Positions 8,228 to 18,538 of a stretch of 64,000 bases of DNA are shown piece after piece (position 1 is the first letter of the stretch; every line of letters starts with the position of its first letter). Source of the DNA: a virus. The notes below the pieces were generated by a model, which was given only the letters and a program-made list of their open reading frames with translations, had not been told where the DNA came from and made no database searches. Location: IMG/VR virus record IMGVR_UViG_3300045988_143923. One strand, written 5' to 3'. Position numbers and translations under genes: made by a program.

Positions 8228-8872
8228 TTGTCAACATACGTTATGGCCGACATCCACGGCGAGATTGACCGTTATCACGCGATGCTCGACCTTATCAACT
8301 TCAGCGCGGACGACCAGCTTTACATCATCGGCGACATCATCGACCGAGGTTCGGAAGGACTTACAATCCTTCAGGAAATCATGGATAAAGGCAACGTTCA
8401 TTTTATCCTCGGCAACCACGAGGACATGATGCTCGGCACACTCAGTCAGCATTCATACCCGGGTGCGAGAACCATGTGGAAGCAGAACGGCGGCGACAAG
8501 ACCTATCGCGAACTGCTCTATCATATGACATCCGTCGACCGTGAGCGTATCCTCGCTTACTGCCTGACCAGACCGGCAATGGAGACAGTTGAGGTAGGCG
8601 AAACATCGTGGACTTTGGTTCATGGGCGACCCTCAACCAAGTTCCTCGACATGATCTGGGGCAGGGTGGAAGCCGATGACGATTTTGGAAACGCACATTA
8701 TATCGTAGGGCACACGCCGACCTGTTATCTGACCAAGCGATTCAAAGAGCCGTACCACATCTTCCACGGCAAGGGATTCCTTTGCATCGACTGCGGATGC
8801 GGGAATTTGACGAATCCATACCGCCGACTGGCTTGTTTGAGGCTGGAAGACATGGCTGAATATTACGTCTAA
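8228..8872 (+). CDS. Ser/Thr protein phosphatase (lambda-type metallophosphoesterase)
   Basis: Has the DIHGE, GDIIDRG and GNHE motifs. Confidence 0.85.
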   Translation: MSTYVMADIHGEIDRYHAMLDLINFSADDQLYIIGDIIDRGSEGLTILQEIMDKGNVHFILGNHEDMMLGTLSQHSYPGARTMWKQNGGDKTYRELLYHMTSVDRERILAYCLTRPAMETVEVGETSWTLVHGRPSTKFLDMIWGRVEADDDFGNAHYIVGHTPTCYLTKRFKEPYHIFHGKGFLCIDCGCGNLTNPYRRLACLRLEDMAEYYV

Positions 8873-8876
8873 GAGA

Positions 8877-8904
8877 CGCCGCACGACTGTGCGGCGTTCA
8901 TTTT
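8877..8904 (+). terminator. rho-independent terminator
   Basis: CGCCGCAC-GACT-GTGCGGCG hairpin followed by a T-rich tract. Confidence 0.55.
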
Positions 8905-9062
8905 CCCTTCATTCAAAAATATTTTCAAAAAATCAAAAAAAGTTTAGGTTTTCGCGTCCCAAAATCGCGATTTTTGTATAGTAGTATATGTAGAGAAAAA
9001 ACGAGAGCGACCACAGAAAGCGAGTGAGCACATGAGAGAGTACCACAAAAGGAAGAACGAGT

Positions 9063-9266
9063 ATGAGAAATCCGGCGAGAATTGATGAGTTCTGCGACCG
9101 CTTGAAGGTCGCGTGGAAGAAACTGCCTGATTGGCGCTTCGGTCAGTTCATGATGAACTGCTTGGGGTCTATGCACGCGCAAGGCCGCGACCCGTTCTTC
9201 CCGGAAGAGCCGGAGATGATTGAGTTCATTGAGAAATACGCCGAAAAATACGGAATCGGCGATTAA
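9063..9266 (+). CDS. hypothetical protein
   Basis: 67-aa ORF. Confidence 0.5.
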   Translation: MRNPARIDEFCDRLKVAWKKLPDWRFGQFMMNCLGSMHAQGRDPFFPEEPEMIEFIEKYAEKYGIGD

Positions 9267-9313
9267 ATAAACGGAGTTTATACCAGATAGAATTACGAAA
9301 AGAGGGATTTTTT

Positions 9314-10006
9314 ATGAGATTAGCAAAGGGAACACGCGCGAAAATTGTTCGTCAGTTTACCAGTCAGGATCGGCTTGGAGACGTTTTCGAGGTCGCGGAA
9401 TGTGATTCCGAGTCTATCACGTTGAGTCGGTGCTATTCCGATTCAAACTCTTATCTGCATGAGTACACCTACACCATGCCGACAGACGAGTTCGGCGTTT
9501 TCTTCGAGATTATCGGCATGGAAAAGCCGAAAAAGGATAAGAAGAATGCCAAAAGCGAGGCGCTTATTGGCGACTACACCGAAACCGAACTCGATGATCT
9601 CTGGTGTCTTGCAGGTTCGTACGAGGATTTCAAAGCAATGCTGAAACTCGGTACTAAATGGCACCCAAGCAAGCAGCCGAAGAAGCAACGCGAGTGGACT
9701 GACTGGAAACGGTGGGGCGACGACCAGTGGTATGAGTATTCCGTCAGCCGTCCGGTTGGTCAGTCTGCAAAGGTAAAAGTGAGAACGCCCGATGGCTTTA
9801 TCGGTACTGCATCCTGTAGTCCGGATGATAATTTCGACCTTGCTTATGGTGTCGAGTTGGCATCCATTCGAGCCGAGATTAAAAATACAAAAGATGACGC
9901 AGCGCGAGCGTTCACTGACTACTTGATTGAAAAAAGAAGCGTCGAAGACCTGAAAAAGCGCTTAGAAAAGGTTCTGGGTCGCGCTTACGGAAAGGCGGCG
10001 AAGTAA
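9314..10006 (+). CDS. hypothetical protein
   Basis: 230-aa ORF with an RBS. No motif recognised. Confidence 0.6.
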   Translation: MRLAKGTRAKIVRQFTSQDRLGDVFEVAECDSESITLSRCYSDSNSYLHEYTYTMPTDEFGVFFEIIGMEKPKKDKKNAKSEALIGDYTETELDDLWCLAGSYEDFKAMLKLGTKWHPSKQPKKQREWTDWKRWGDDQWYEYSVSRPVGQSAKVKVRTPDGFIGTASCSPDDNFDLAYGVELASIRAEIKNTKDDAARAFTDYLIEKRSVEDLKKRLEKVLGRAYGKAAK

Positions 10007-10623
10007 TGGCAGACAAAACACAGTTTTTAAGCCCGGAGCAGCTCGCCAAGAATCGGAAAGAGTTCCTGCAGATCCTGCGTGACAATGTGAAGCGCGACGG
10101 TGTAGAGGATTTGATTCACTATCTGGAGAACAATGATTTCTTTACTGCTCCGTCTTCGACCAGATTTCACGGCAACTATGAAGGCGGCCTTTGTGAGCAT
10201 TCGCTGAATGTTTATGATTGTCTGGTGGCTCTTCATCAGAAGTACGAAAAGTTCGAATACACAGACGAAACACTGGCGATCGCGGCTTTAATGCATGATT
10301 TATGCAAGTGCCTAACGTATAAGAAGCAGCCGGCCTTCCGCAAAGACGCAGACGGCCGCTGGGAGCAGTACATGTCATACAAGTTTGATGAGGTATTTCC
10401 GGGCGGCCATGGCGAGAAATCGTGCTTCATCATTCAGCAGTTCATGAAGCTGACGCCCGATGAGTATCTGGCAATCCGATGGCACATGAACGGTTTTGAC
10501 AACGCCGTTAAGGGCGGCGACCGAGCAATGAACGCGGCAGCCGAGAAGTGCAAGCTCGTACCGATGCTTCAGCTAGCCGACATGGAAGCCAGCCACATGC
10601 TCGAAATTACCGTGGAGCACTAA
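10006..10623 (+). CDS. HD-domain phosphohydrolase
   Basis: Has FHGNYEGGLCEHS and ALMHDLCK (H...HD) motifs. Its start overlaps the upstream stop. Confidence 0.75.
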   Translation: MADKTQFLSPEQLAKNRKEFLQILRDNVKRDGVEDLIHYLENNDFFTAPSSTRFHGNYEGGLCEHSLNVYDCLVALHQKYEKFEYTDETLAIAALMHDLCKCLTYKKQPAFRKDADGRWEQYMSYKFDEVFPGGHGEKSCFIIQQFMKLTPDEYLAIRWHMNGFDNAVKGGDRAMNAAAEKCKLVPMLQLADMEASHMLEITVEH

Positions 10624-10681
10624 AGACAACACACCCGGCAAAGGGTTAAATATACAGAATCACAGTTAAGGAGTGACAAAC

Positions 10682-10870
10682 ATGGGTATTCCCAAGCACA
10701 AGCCAAGCGCGAAGCAGAAGTCTCGCGCCAAGTATCAGAGCGAGAACCGTCTCGCAAAGAATAAGGAGCGACGCCAGAAGAAGCACGAGAAGCGCCTCGA
10801 GTATTTCAAGAAGCGCCGCCAGAAGAAGTACGAGAAGCGCCGCGAAAAGAAGCAGGAGGAAGCTAAGTGA
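10682..10870 (+). CDS. extremely basic small protein (K/R-rich)
   Basis: ATG at 10682 sits behind an AAGGAGTG RBS. About half of the 62 residues are K/R. Confidence 0.45.
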   Translation: MGIPKHKPSAKQKSRAKYQSENRLAKNKERRQKKHEKRLEYFKKRRQKKYEKRREKKQEEAK

Positions 10871-11544
10871 GCGAAGCAACAAAGAGCATTTTCCAGACGC
10901 TATATGATGCAGATGTCACCGGAAAGGTAAAGAAGAAGAACGGTTTGTCGTACATCAGCTGGGCAGCCGCGTGGGCAGAGGTCAAGAAGCGTTATCCTGA
11001 CGCGACCTATCATGTCTACACCTGTCAGCCCGACCCGTATGAGGAAACCATCACGGAGTACAAGGACGGTGTTCCGGTTATGTCCCGCACTGTCAAGCGC
11101 ACGCCGCAGCCGCGTCCGTGGTTTGACGACGGAAAGAGCGCATGGGTTGAGGTCAGCGTGACCATCAATGGTCAGGAGGCAAAGGAAACCTATGCCATCA
11201 TGGACTTCAAGAACAACGCCGTGAAAGCAGATCAGGTCACTTCCACCGACGCCAACAAGGCAAAAATGCGTGCGCTGGCTAAGGCTTGTGCACAGCACGG
11301 CCTCGGATTATTTATCTACGAGGGCGAGGATATGCCGGAAGGCGTCAAGAAGGAGCGTACCGGTCTAGCCGACGCTCGTAAGAAGGTCGTGTCCGCTGCG
11401 CAGGCAGCCGTTAAGAAGGGCGTTGACCGCGCTAAGATTTACGCGCTGATTGCTGAGAAGAACAACGGCAACGATTCGCCGACCGAAATCCCGACCATTG
11501 CACTCTGCACCGAAATTACCACCGCCATCAAGGCAATGAAGTAA
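10867..11544 (+). CDS. Rad52-like single-strand annealing protein (Sak/DUF1071 type)
   Basis: LSYISWAAAWAEVKKRYPDATY motif, positioned just upstream of SSB. Confidence 0.65.
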   Translation: MSEATKSIFQTLYDADVTGKVKKKNGLSYISWAAAWAEVKKRYPDATYHVYTCQPDPYEETITEYKDGVPVMSRTVKRTPQPRPWFDDGKSAWVEVSVTINGQEAKETYAIMDFKNNAVKADQVTSTDANKAKMRALAKACAQHGLGLFIYEGEDMPEGVKKERTGLADARKKVVSAAQAAVKKGVDRAKIYALIAEKNNGNDSPTEIPTIALCTEITTAIKAMK

Positions 11545-11568
11545 AACAACCAAGAAGGAGATATAAAT

Positions 11569-11970
11569 TTGAACAAGATTGTAATTATTGGCCGCCTGAC
11601 CCGCGACCCGGAACTCAAGTCCACCAACGCAGGTACTGCCGTATGTAACTTTTCTGTTGCTGTAGACCGTACTTACCGTGACAAGGAAGGCAATCGCCCG
11701 ACCGACTTTTTCGACATTTCCGTTTTCGGCGCGACTGCTGAGTTCGTATCCAAGTATTTTAAGAAGGGCAGCTCTATCGCTGTTTCCGGCGCTATGGAGT
11801 CCCGCAAGTTTGTTGATAAGGACGGCAACAACCGCATCGCTTGGTCGCTCCATGCCGACGAAGTAAATTTCTGCGGCAGCAAGTCCGAGAACAACGGCGG
11901 CGGCCAGAAGCCGAGTATTGACGAGGGCTACTCCGGCGATCCGGTTGAGTCCGACGACGCACTGTTTTAA
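11569..11970 (+). CDS. ssb: single-stranded DNA-binding protein
   Basis: N-terminus MNKIVIIGRLTRDPELK..., an OB fold and an acidic tail ending DDALF. Confidence 0.9.
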   Translation: MNKIVIIGRLTRDPELKSTNAGTAVCNFSVAVDRTYRDKEGNRPTDFFDISVFGATAEFVSKYFKKGSSIAVSGAMESRKFVDKDGNNRIAWSLHADEVNFCGSKSENNGGGQKPSIDEGYSGDPVESDDALF

Positions 11971-12837
11971 GTGAGCGAATACACAGAGAAGCTCCAGAAT
12001 AGAGTCTGGAGCTGGTCTTCTGCGACGCAAGCGCACGAATGCCCCTACGGCTTCTATCTTCAGCGGCTCGCTGAGCCAAGGATTAAACAGGACGAGAACG
12101 TATTCGCCCAGTATGGCAGCCAGATGCACGAATGGCTCGAACTGGTATTCAAAGGCATCATGCAACCGGAGGAGCTTCTGGAACTGTATCTCACCGATTA
12201 CGATTCCAAGATCACGCTCAAGTGGCCGTTTAACCGCTATGTAGACCTTGAGAAATCCTACTATGAGGATGGTCTCGCGTTCGCCCGTCATTTTAAGGGA
12301 CTCTCACCGAACTATGAAGTCATCGGTGTAGAGCTTGAGATGAAGGCGGAAATCGAGGGTTACAAGGTCATCGGTTATATCGACCTGCTGGTCAAGAACA
12401 AAAAGACCGGCGAGTACATTGTCGTAGACCATAAGAGTAAGAAGAAGTTCGCCAGCAAAGCAGAGGAGAAGAAGTACCGCAAGCAGCTTGAGTTTTACGG
12501 CTACCTCGTCCATGAGAAGATGGGCATCTGGCCGGCTTATACAGACCTCGACCTGTTTCGAGGGCAGAAGCATTACATCGAGCCTTGCACAGCAGAGGAC
12601 TGCATCGCGGCTAAGGATTACTTTATCGAGTCTGTAAAGACCGCCTGCGAGACCGAGGAGTGGTTGGACAAGCATTCCATCAAGGCGCGGGAGAACTTCA
12701 AGTCTGCCAAGGACGCGAAAAAGGCCGGAAAGGCTGACTTCTTCTGTGCTGAAATCTGCTCCGTGCGTTCTCATTGCCCGATGTCATCCGCTTATGTGAA
12801 GCCGAAGAAAGAGAAAAAGAGTAAGAAAGCAGGTTAA
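11971..12837 (+). CDS. PD-(D/E)XK exonuclease, Cas4/RecB-like with Cys cluster
   Basis: IGYIDLLV...VVDHKSKK nuclease motif, N-terminal HECPYG and C-terminal FFCAEICSVRSHCP cysteines. Confidence 0.75.
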   Translation: MSEYTEKLQNRVWSWSSATQAHECPYGFYLQRLAEPRIKQDENVFAQYGSQMHEWLELVFKGIMQPEELLELYLTDYDSKITLKWPFNRYVDLEKSYYEDGLAFARHFKGLSPNYEVIGVELEMKAEIEGYKVIGYIDLLVKNKKTGEYIVVDHKSKKKFASKAEEKKYRKQLEFYGYLVHEKMGIWPAYTDLDLFRGQKHYIEPCTAEDCIAAKDYFIESVKTACETEEWLDKHSIKARENFKSAKDAKKAGKADFFCAEICSVRSHCPMSSAYVKPKKEKKSKKAG

Positions 12838-12839
12838 AT

Positions 12840-14171
12840 TTGAACGTAAACGACATTAAAAGCGTAGAGGGAGAGGCTGGAGTTATTGCAACATTGATCC
12901 AGCATCCAACTTACTATTTTTACGTTGAAGAGTTAAAGCCGGAGCATTTCACCGATCCGCAGAACCAGATAATTTATCTGGCGTTGAGTGAGCTTGCTAA
13001 AAGGGGTATAGAGAAGATTGATGCTCTGAATGTCTTGAAGGTATTGGGAACAAAAAAAGCGACAAAACAGGCGGCTCAAAATCTCACTGTCGCATCAATC
13101 AACGAGATGATTGATCTCAGTCTGGTTGTTGCTCGCAATACGCCCGAGGAATATAAGTTGTTTGCCGATGATGTTCTGAACAAGGCTTTTCGACGTGGCG
13201 TCTATCAAAAATTGCAGAAATGTGAGCAGCTCTGCTTGACGGACGATGGAGGGGATCTCGGACAAAAGATTTATGCCGAGATTGACGAAACCGTTCTGAA
13301 CTACAATCCTCGAAACGATTTGCCTCTTTTCGGAGATATTGTCGATAAAATCTGGAAGGGTATTAAGGCGCGGCAGCGCGGCGATGCAAATATTATTGAG
13401 TTCCCGTTCCCAGAATTAAATCAGTATGTAGTCATAGAACCTAACGAAGTTGTTTGTTTTGCTGCCGTGCAAAAAGCAGGAAAGAGCGCCATGCTACTGA
13501 CATGCACCGTGGACATGCTCAAAAAAGGGAAGAGTGTTTTATATGTCGATTCGGAAATTTCCGATGAACAGTTCACCAAGCGTATTCTCTCTCATTTAAC
13601 TGGTATTGAATACAAAGTTATACGAGATGGTTTGTATACGGAAGAGCAGGAAAAACTTATCGACGAACAAAGAGCGTGGCTCAAAACGCAGAAATTTATC
13701 CATGTTTACACTCCTGTGCTCGATGAAAACACTCTTTTACTCGCGGCAAAACGCGCAAAACACCTTATTGATGTCGATTGCTGCGTGCTGGATTACCTGA
13801 AGCCCGCCGGTGGCACGGAAGCCTTCACGGTCTACGCTGAGCTCGGGAATATCGCCGATTGTTTTAAGAATCGTGTTTGCGGCGATCTGGGAATCTGCGG
13901 ACTGACGGCCGCACAGGCTACGAAGTACGGCCAAATTGCGGATTCTGCTCGCATTGGACGTTCTGTCAGTACGGTTGTTACTATCACCAACAAAACGAAA
14001 GATGAAATCCGTAACGATGGTGAGATGTGCGGCAATAAAAAAATGCGCGTCGCTTATAACCGAAACGGGGCTCAAATGAACGACGATGAATACATTGATG
14101 TCGATTTCAAGGGTGATATTCTGACTTATTGTCCAGCGAGAAAACAGCACGACCCATACGCACCATATTAA
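12840..14171 (+). CDS. dnaB: replicative DNA helicase (DnaB family)
   Basis: DnaB-like N-terminal domain and a Walker A motif (AAVQKAGKSAMLL). Confidence 0.85.
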   Translation: MNVNDIKSVEGEAGVIATLIQHPTYYFYVEELKPEHFTDPQNQIIYLALSELAKRGIEKIDALNVLKVLGTKKATKQAAQNLTVASINEMIDLSLVVARNTPEEYKLFADDVLNKAFRRGVYQKLQKCEQLCLTDDGGDLGQKIYAEIDETVLNYNPRNDLPLFGDIVDKIWKGIKARQRGDANIIEFPFPELNQYVVIEPNEVVCFAAVQKAGKSAMLLTCTVDMLKKGKSVLYVDSEISDEQFTKRILSHLTGIEYKVIRDGLYTEEQEKLIDEQRAWLKTQKFIHVYTPVLDENTLLLAAKRAKHLIDVDCCVLDYLKPAGGTEAFTVYAELGNIADCFKNRVCGDLGICGLTAAQATKYGQIADSARIGRSVSTVVTITNKTKDEIRNDGEMCGNKKMRVAYNRNGAQMNDDEYIDVDFKGDILTYCPARKQHDPYAPY

Positions 14172-14186
14172 AGGTAAGGAGCAATC

Positions 14187-15176
14187 ATGGAAATCAGAGA
14201 TGTGGTAGAACAAATTGATATCGTGGACTACATCTCCCAGTACCTCGATGTAGAGAGGCGAAGCGAGAACGAATACGTTGCGCTGTGTCCCTTCCATGAC
14301 GAGAATACACCATCCTTCACGATTACGCGCTCCAAAGGGTTGTATTACTGCTTTGGCTGCGGAGCACGCGGCGATGTTGCCGATTTTGAGGTGTTGTACA
14401 ATCACGTTTCTCTGCGAGAAGCGGTCAAGCGACTCAAAGCCTACGCCGGAATCACAGAGGGTGTGTCACTGCCGTCCACCCATCTGGCGGCTGTACAGGC
14501 TCTCAAGAAGTACGCGCCGCTAAAAGAACAGAAAAATGTGTGTGAACCACACAAAATCCTAGGGGAAAATGTGATGGAACAGTACGAGTGGAGACCGGAG
14601 AAGTTCCAGTCTTGGCTCGATGAGGGTATCCCTCTCGACCAGATGAAGCGCTTCGGCTACCGCTATGATGCGTTGTCAAACCGGATCGTTCACCCGATTC
14701 GATTGCCCGACGGCCAGATTTTCAGCATCTGCGGCCGCACACTTGACCCCGATTTCAAGGAGAAGAAGCTCCGTAAGTATACCTATCTCGTAAAGCTCGG
14801 AGCGCTCGATACGCTGTTCGGGCTTTACGAAAACCGCGAAGCAATCCTCCGGAAGAAAGAGGTCATCCTGTTTGAGGGCGCTAAGTCCGTTCTCAAGGCC
14901 GCCGGTTACGGTTTCGATAACTGCTGTGCCGTACTGACCTCGCACATCAACCCTTACCAGACCAAGATTCTCCTGCAACTGGGCGTCCGTATTGTCATCG
15001 CATTCGATGAGGAGGTTGACCCGCGGCAGGATGGAGAAATCAAAAAGCTGAAACGTTTTTGCGGGGTGGATTGGGTTCGTAACCGTGACAACCTGTTGGG
15101 CGAAAAGATGGCTCCCGTAGATAATGGAGCGGAAGTATGGAATGAATTGTATCAGCGAAGGGAGCGGCTATCATAA
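14187..15176 (+). CDS. dnaG: DNA primase (DnaG-type, zf-CHC2 + Toprim)
   Basis: Zinc finger CPFHDENTPSFTI...YYCFGCGARGD. Confidence 0.85.
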   Translation: MEIRDVVEQIDIVDYISQYLDVERRSENEYVALCPFHDENTPSFTITRSKGLYYCFGCGARGDVADFEVLYNHVSLREAVKRLKAYAGITEGVSLPSTHLAAVQALKKYAPLKEQKNVCEPHKILGENVMEQYEWRPEKFQSWLDEGIPLDQMKRFGYRYDALSNRIVHPIRLPDGQIFSICGRTLDPDFKEKKLRKYTYLVKLGALDTLFGLYENREAILRKKEVILFEGAKSVLKAAGYGFDNCCAVLTSHINPYQTKILLQLGVRIVIAFDEEVDPRQDGEIKKLKRFCGVDWVRNRDNLLGEKMAPVDNGAEVWNELYQRRERLS

Positions 15177-15235
15177 TTTTTCAGAACTACCACAAACACA
15201 CAACCTACAGTAACCCTCGCGTCAGCGACTCGGTC

Positions 15236-18200
15236 GTGACCTACGAGGATTACGCCAAACGTGCCGTCGAGCTCGGACATTCCATTCTGTCCAGCTGCGA
15301 GCATGGCTGGCAGGGGAGATATATCGAGTGCTACGATCTCGCAAAGCAGTACGGTCTGAAGTTCCTGTTCGCCGCTGAGGCTTACTGGGTCTGGGATCGT
15401 CACGAAGAAGACCGTTCTAACTGCCACATTTGGATTGGCGCGAAGAACGAAAACGGCCGCGAATGGATCAACGAGGTTCTCAGTCAGGCGAACGAGGATG
15501 GTTTCTACTACCAGCCGCGACTGGATGAAGAGCTTCTCGACCTGCTTCCGGCGGGCGACGTTTGGATTACAACCGCCTGTGTTGCCGGATGGAAGTATCT
15601 CGACGAAGAAGAAGAGCGACTCAAAGCTCTCTGGAAGAAGCTGTACGACAAACACGGCGACAACTTCATGTTTGAGGTGCAGTACCACCCCTCTGAGCGT
15701 CAGAAAGAGCTAAACCGTTACATTCTGAATCTGCGGAAAGAGATTCCCGCGCCGATTATTATGGGCTGCGACAGCCACTACATCGAAGCAAACGGCGCAG
15801 AGCTCCGCTCTGACTTCCTCGTTTCCAAAGAAGATCGCAAGGCTTACGACGATGAAGAAGAATGGTTCATGGATTACCCGGATGGCGACACTGCCGTCCA
15901 GCGGTTCCGTGAACAGGGTGTCTTGACAGAAGCCGAGATCGCGGAGGCAATCGACCGGACAAACTGTTTTCTCGAAGTAGAGGAGTACGAGTGCGATATC
16001 TTTGACGACAGCCTGAAGCTGTTCTCGCTCCACCCAGATTGGACGCAAGAGCAGAAAAATGCCGAGTATCTTCATCTGGTTGATGAAGGCTGGCAGAACT
16101 ACAAGGCCGAGGTTGCCCCGGATCTGCTTTCAAAATATGAAAAAGAGATCAAATCCGAAACCGACACGGTTGTCGAGTGCCACATGGCAGACTACTTCAT
16201 TGATAATTACCACGTTATCAGGCGAGGGAAAGAGCTCGGCGGCCATTTGACTAATACTGGTCGAGGAAGCGCGGTTAGCTTCTTCACCAACAAACTGCTC
16301 GGATTTACCGAGGTAGACCGAATTGCGGCGAAGGTAAAGATGTATCCTGAACGCTTTATGACTGCGACTCGAATCCTTGAAACCCACAGCTTGCCGGATA
16401 TCGACTTCAACGTAGCTGAACAGGATATCTTTGCGGAAGGTCAGGCACAGGTCTGCGGGCGTGATCATGCAGTTCAGATGCTTGCTTACGGCACTCAAAA
16501 AGCGTCAGCTGCGTGGAAGATGTTTGCGAAGTCCCAGAACATCGACTTCGCTACGGCGAATGAAGTGTCCGCCCAGATCAAGCGGTATGAGAACAAACTC
16601 CATACCGTCGACGAAGAAGAGAAAGACACCATCAATATCATGGACTACATCGATAAACGATTCCATGACGTTTACCTCCGCTCGACAGAGTATCAGGGCA
16701 TCATCACGAGCTGGTCACCGGCACCGTGCGCGTTCCTGTTATATCAGGGCAGTATTCGCCGCAAGATTGGTCTTGTAAAGATCAAGGACAGAATCTGCTG
16801 TGCGATGGATGGTCACTGGGCGGAAAAGAATCACTTCCTGAAGAATGACTTACTCCGTGTTGCTGTGGTTGACCTGATCAATAAGGGATACACTCGCGCA
16901 GGTCTCAAAGTTCCAACCGTAAATGAACTGCTCGCTATGTGTCCGCCGGAAGACCCCGTGTGGGATATCTACCGTAAGGGCTGCACACTTGGCATCAATC
17001 AGGTTGAGCAGCCGGGAACCGCCAGCCGCGTAGGCGTTTACGCACCGACCAATATTTCCGAGCTTTGCGCGTTTATCGCCGCAATTCGCCCGGGATTCAA
17101 GTCGATGTATAAGATTTTCGAAAGCCGGCAGGACTTCTCGTATGACGTTAAGCCGTTCGACGACCTGCTTCGTACCGATGAACTGCCGCAGTCGTTCTGT
17201 TTGTATCAGGAGCAGCAGATGGCGGTGCTGAACTACGCTGGCTTTCCGATGTCAGAATGTTACGCGGCGATTAAGAACATTGCTAAGAAACGTAAAGAGA
17301 AAGTTCTTGCTTATCATGAGCGATTTATCAATGCATTCTCCAAACGACTGGTCGAACAGGAAAACATCAATAAAACTGATGCCGCCGAAAAGGCTAAAAA
17401 TGTTTGGAAAATCATCGAAGATGCTGCCCAGTATGCGTTTAATAGTAGTCATTCGTACAGTGTTTCTCTGGATTCCCTTTACGGTGCATGGCTCAAGCAG
17501 CATCATCCTCTCGCGTTCTATGAAACCTTCATGCGTATCATGGACGAAAAGGGCGACAAGGACAAGCTCGCCGCTGCCAAAGACGAAGCCGAAAGCTACT
17601 TCAATATCAAATTCCCGCCGTTCAAATTCGGTCAGGATAACCGAAAGGTAACCGCCGACGAAGAGAACAACGCAATCAGCAATGCGCTGACCTCTATCAA
17701 GGGATTCAATAAAGCTGCCGCCGTTGCTCTTTATGAGATCGGGCAGGAGCCGCCGAAGTACCTTTCCGACGTTCTTCTGGCTCTCCGACCAAAGAGTATT
17801 ATGAAGTCCACAACTGAACCTCTGGCTCAAATCAGTTACTTCTCAAGCTACGGCAACGACCGAGAGGTTCTGAACATCATCTCCCTGTGCGAGGAGTTCG
17901 GATACGGTGCAAAAGCATCCATGCCGCGAGAGCGCGTTGATAACAGCTTTTTGGCTGATATTGTGCCGAAGTACGCCGACGGCCTCAAGAAGGACGGCCA
18001 ACCAGCGACAAGATATACGTTCACGAGCCTGCAGATGAGTGCCTTGAAAGACGAAAAAAAGCAGCTCGCGGCCGCTCTTAAAAAGAACCCCACACCGGAA
18101 CTGGAAGAACAGCTTATCGCTGTCGAGCAGGAAATTGCTGAGGAACTGAAGCGAATCGTCGCTCAGGCGCTCCGCGAATGTGAAGACCGCGTACTGGCGG

Positions 18201-18529
18201 CAGGTATCGAAGACCTTCCGTTCCGCGTGAAGATTGAGAACCAGCAGGAAATTCTCGGATATGTGGACATCCGGACAGGCAAGGAAGAAGACCGCAGACT
18301 TGTTCTCGTGTCGGATTTCCGGCCACTTTTGAGTAAAGACACCGGAAAACCGTGGGGTTATGCTTGCTTTACACAGTCACTTGGTTCTGGTAAGCGCATT
18401 CGATTGACGCTTCGTTCGCGGCAGTACGACCAGAATCCAATCAAAAACGGCAGCATCATTTACGTTGACCGATGCACGAAGAATAAATCCGGCTATTGGT
18501 ATCTTGACCAGTATCATCTGGTCGGCTAA
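15236..18529 (+). CDS. dnaE: DNA polymerase III alpha subunit (DnaE-like, PHP N-terminus). The true start is probably upstream at 15170-15176.
   Basis: 1097-aa ORF with PHP and pol III alpha motifs. The conserved NYHKHTTYSN (HxH) lies in-frame upstream of the first canonical start codon. Confidence 0.85.
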   Translation: MTYEDYAKRAVELGHSILSSCEHGWQGRYIECYDLAKQYGLKFLFAAEAYWVWDRHEEDRSNCHIWIGAKNENGREWINEVLSQANEDGFYYQPRLDEELLDLLPAGDVWITTACVAGWKYLDEEEERLKALWKKLYDKHGDNFMFEVQYHPSERQKELNRYILNLRKEIPAPIIMGCDSHYIEANGAELRSDFLVSKEDRKAYDDEEEWFMDYPDGDTAVQRFREQGVLTEAEIAEAIDRTNCFLEVEEYECDIFDDSLKLFSLHPDWTQEQKNAEYLHLVDEGWQNYKAEVAPDLLSKYEKEIKSETDTVVECHMADYFIDNYHVIRRGKELGGHLTNTGRGSAVSFFTNKLLGFTEVDRIAAKVKMYPERFMTATRILETHSLPDIDFNVAEQDIFAEGQAQVCGRDHAVQMLAYGTQKASAAWKMFAKSQNIDFATANEVSAQIKRYENKLHTVDEEEKDTINIMDYIDKRFHDVYLRSTEYQGIITSWSPAPCAFLLYQGSIRRKIGLVKIKDRICCAMDGHWAEKNHFLKNDLLRVAVVDLINKGYTRAGLKVPTVNELLAMCPPEDPVWDIYRKGCTLGINQVEQPGTASRVGVYAPTNISELCAFIAAIRPGFKSMYKIFESRQDFSYDVKPFDDLLRTDELPQSFCLYQEQQMAVLNYAGFPMSECYAAIKNIAKKRKEKVLAYHERFINAFSKRLVEQENINKTDAAEKAKNVWKIIEDAAQYAFNSSHSYSVSLDSLYGAWLKQHHPLAFYETFMRIMDEKGDKDKLAAAKDEAESYFNIKFPPFKFGQDNRKVTADEENNAISNALTSIKGFNKAAAVALYEIGQEPPKYLSDVLLALRPKSIMKSTTEPLAQISYFSSYGNDREVLNIISLCEEFGYGAKASMPRERVDNSFLADIVPKYADGLKKDGQPATRYTFTSLQMSALKDEKKQLAAALKKNPTPELEEQLIAVEQEIAEELKRIVAQALRECEDRVLAAGIEDLPFRVKIENQQEILGYVDIRTGKEEDRRLVLVSDFRPLLSKDTGKPWGYACFTQSLGSGKRIRLTLRSRQYDQNPIKNGSIIYVDRCTKNKSGYWYLDQYHLVG

Positions 18530-18538
18530 GGAGGAGAC

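Noticed and set aside
9009-9065. 17-codon upstream ORF (MREYHKRKNEYEKSGEN) overlapping the start of 9063..9266.
   Set aside because: It is too short and lacks a convincing RBS. It is probably fortuitous.
15146-15176. Programmed -1 frameshift fusing primase to DnaE.
   Set aside because: The DnaE frame is open within the primase 3' end, but I see no X XXY YYZ slippery heptamer or downstream structure. Non-canonical initiation behind the GAAGGGAG RBS is the simpler explanation.
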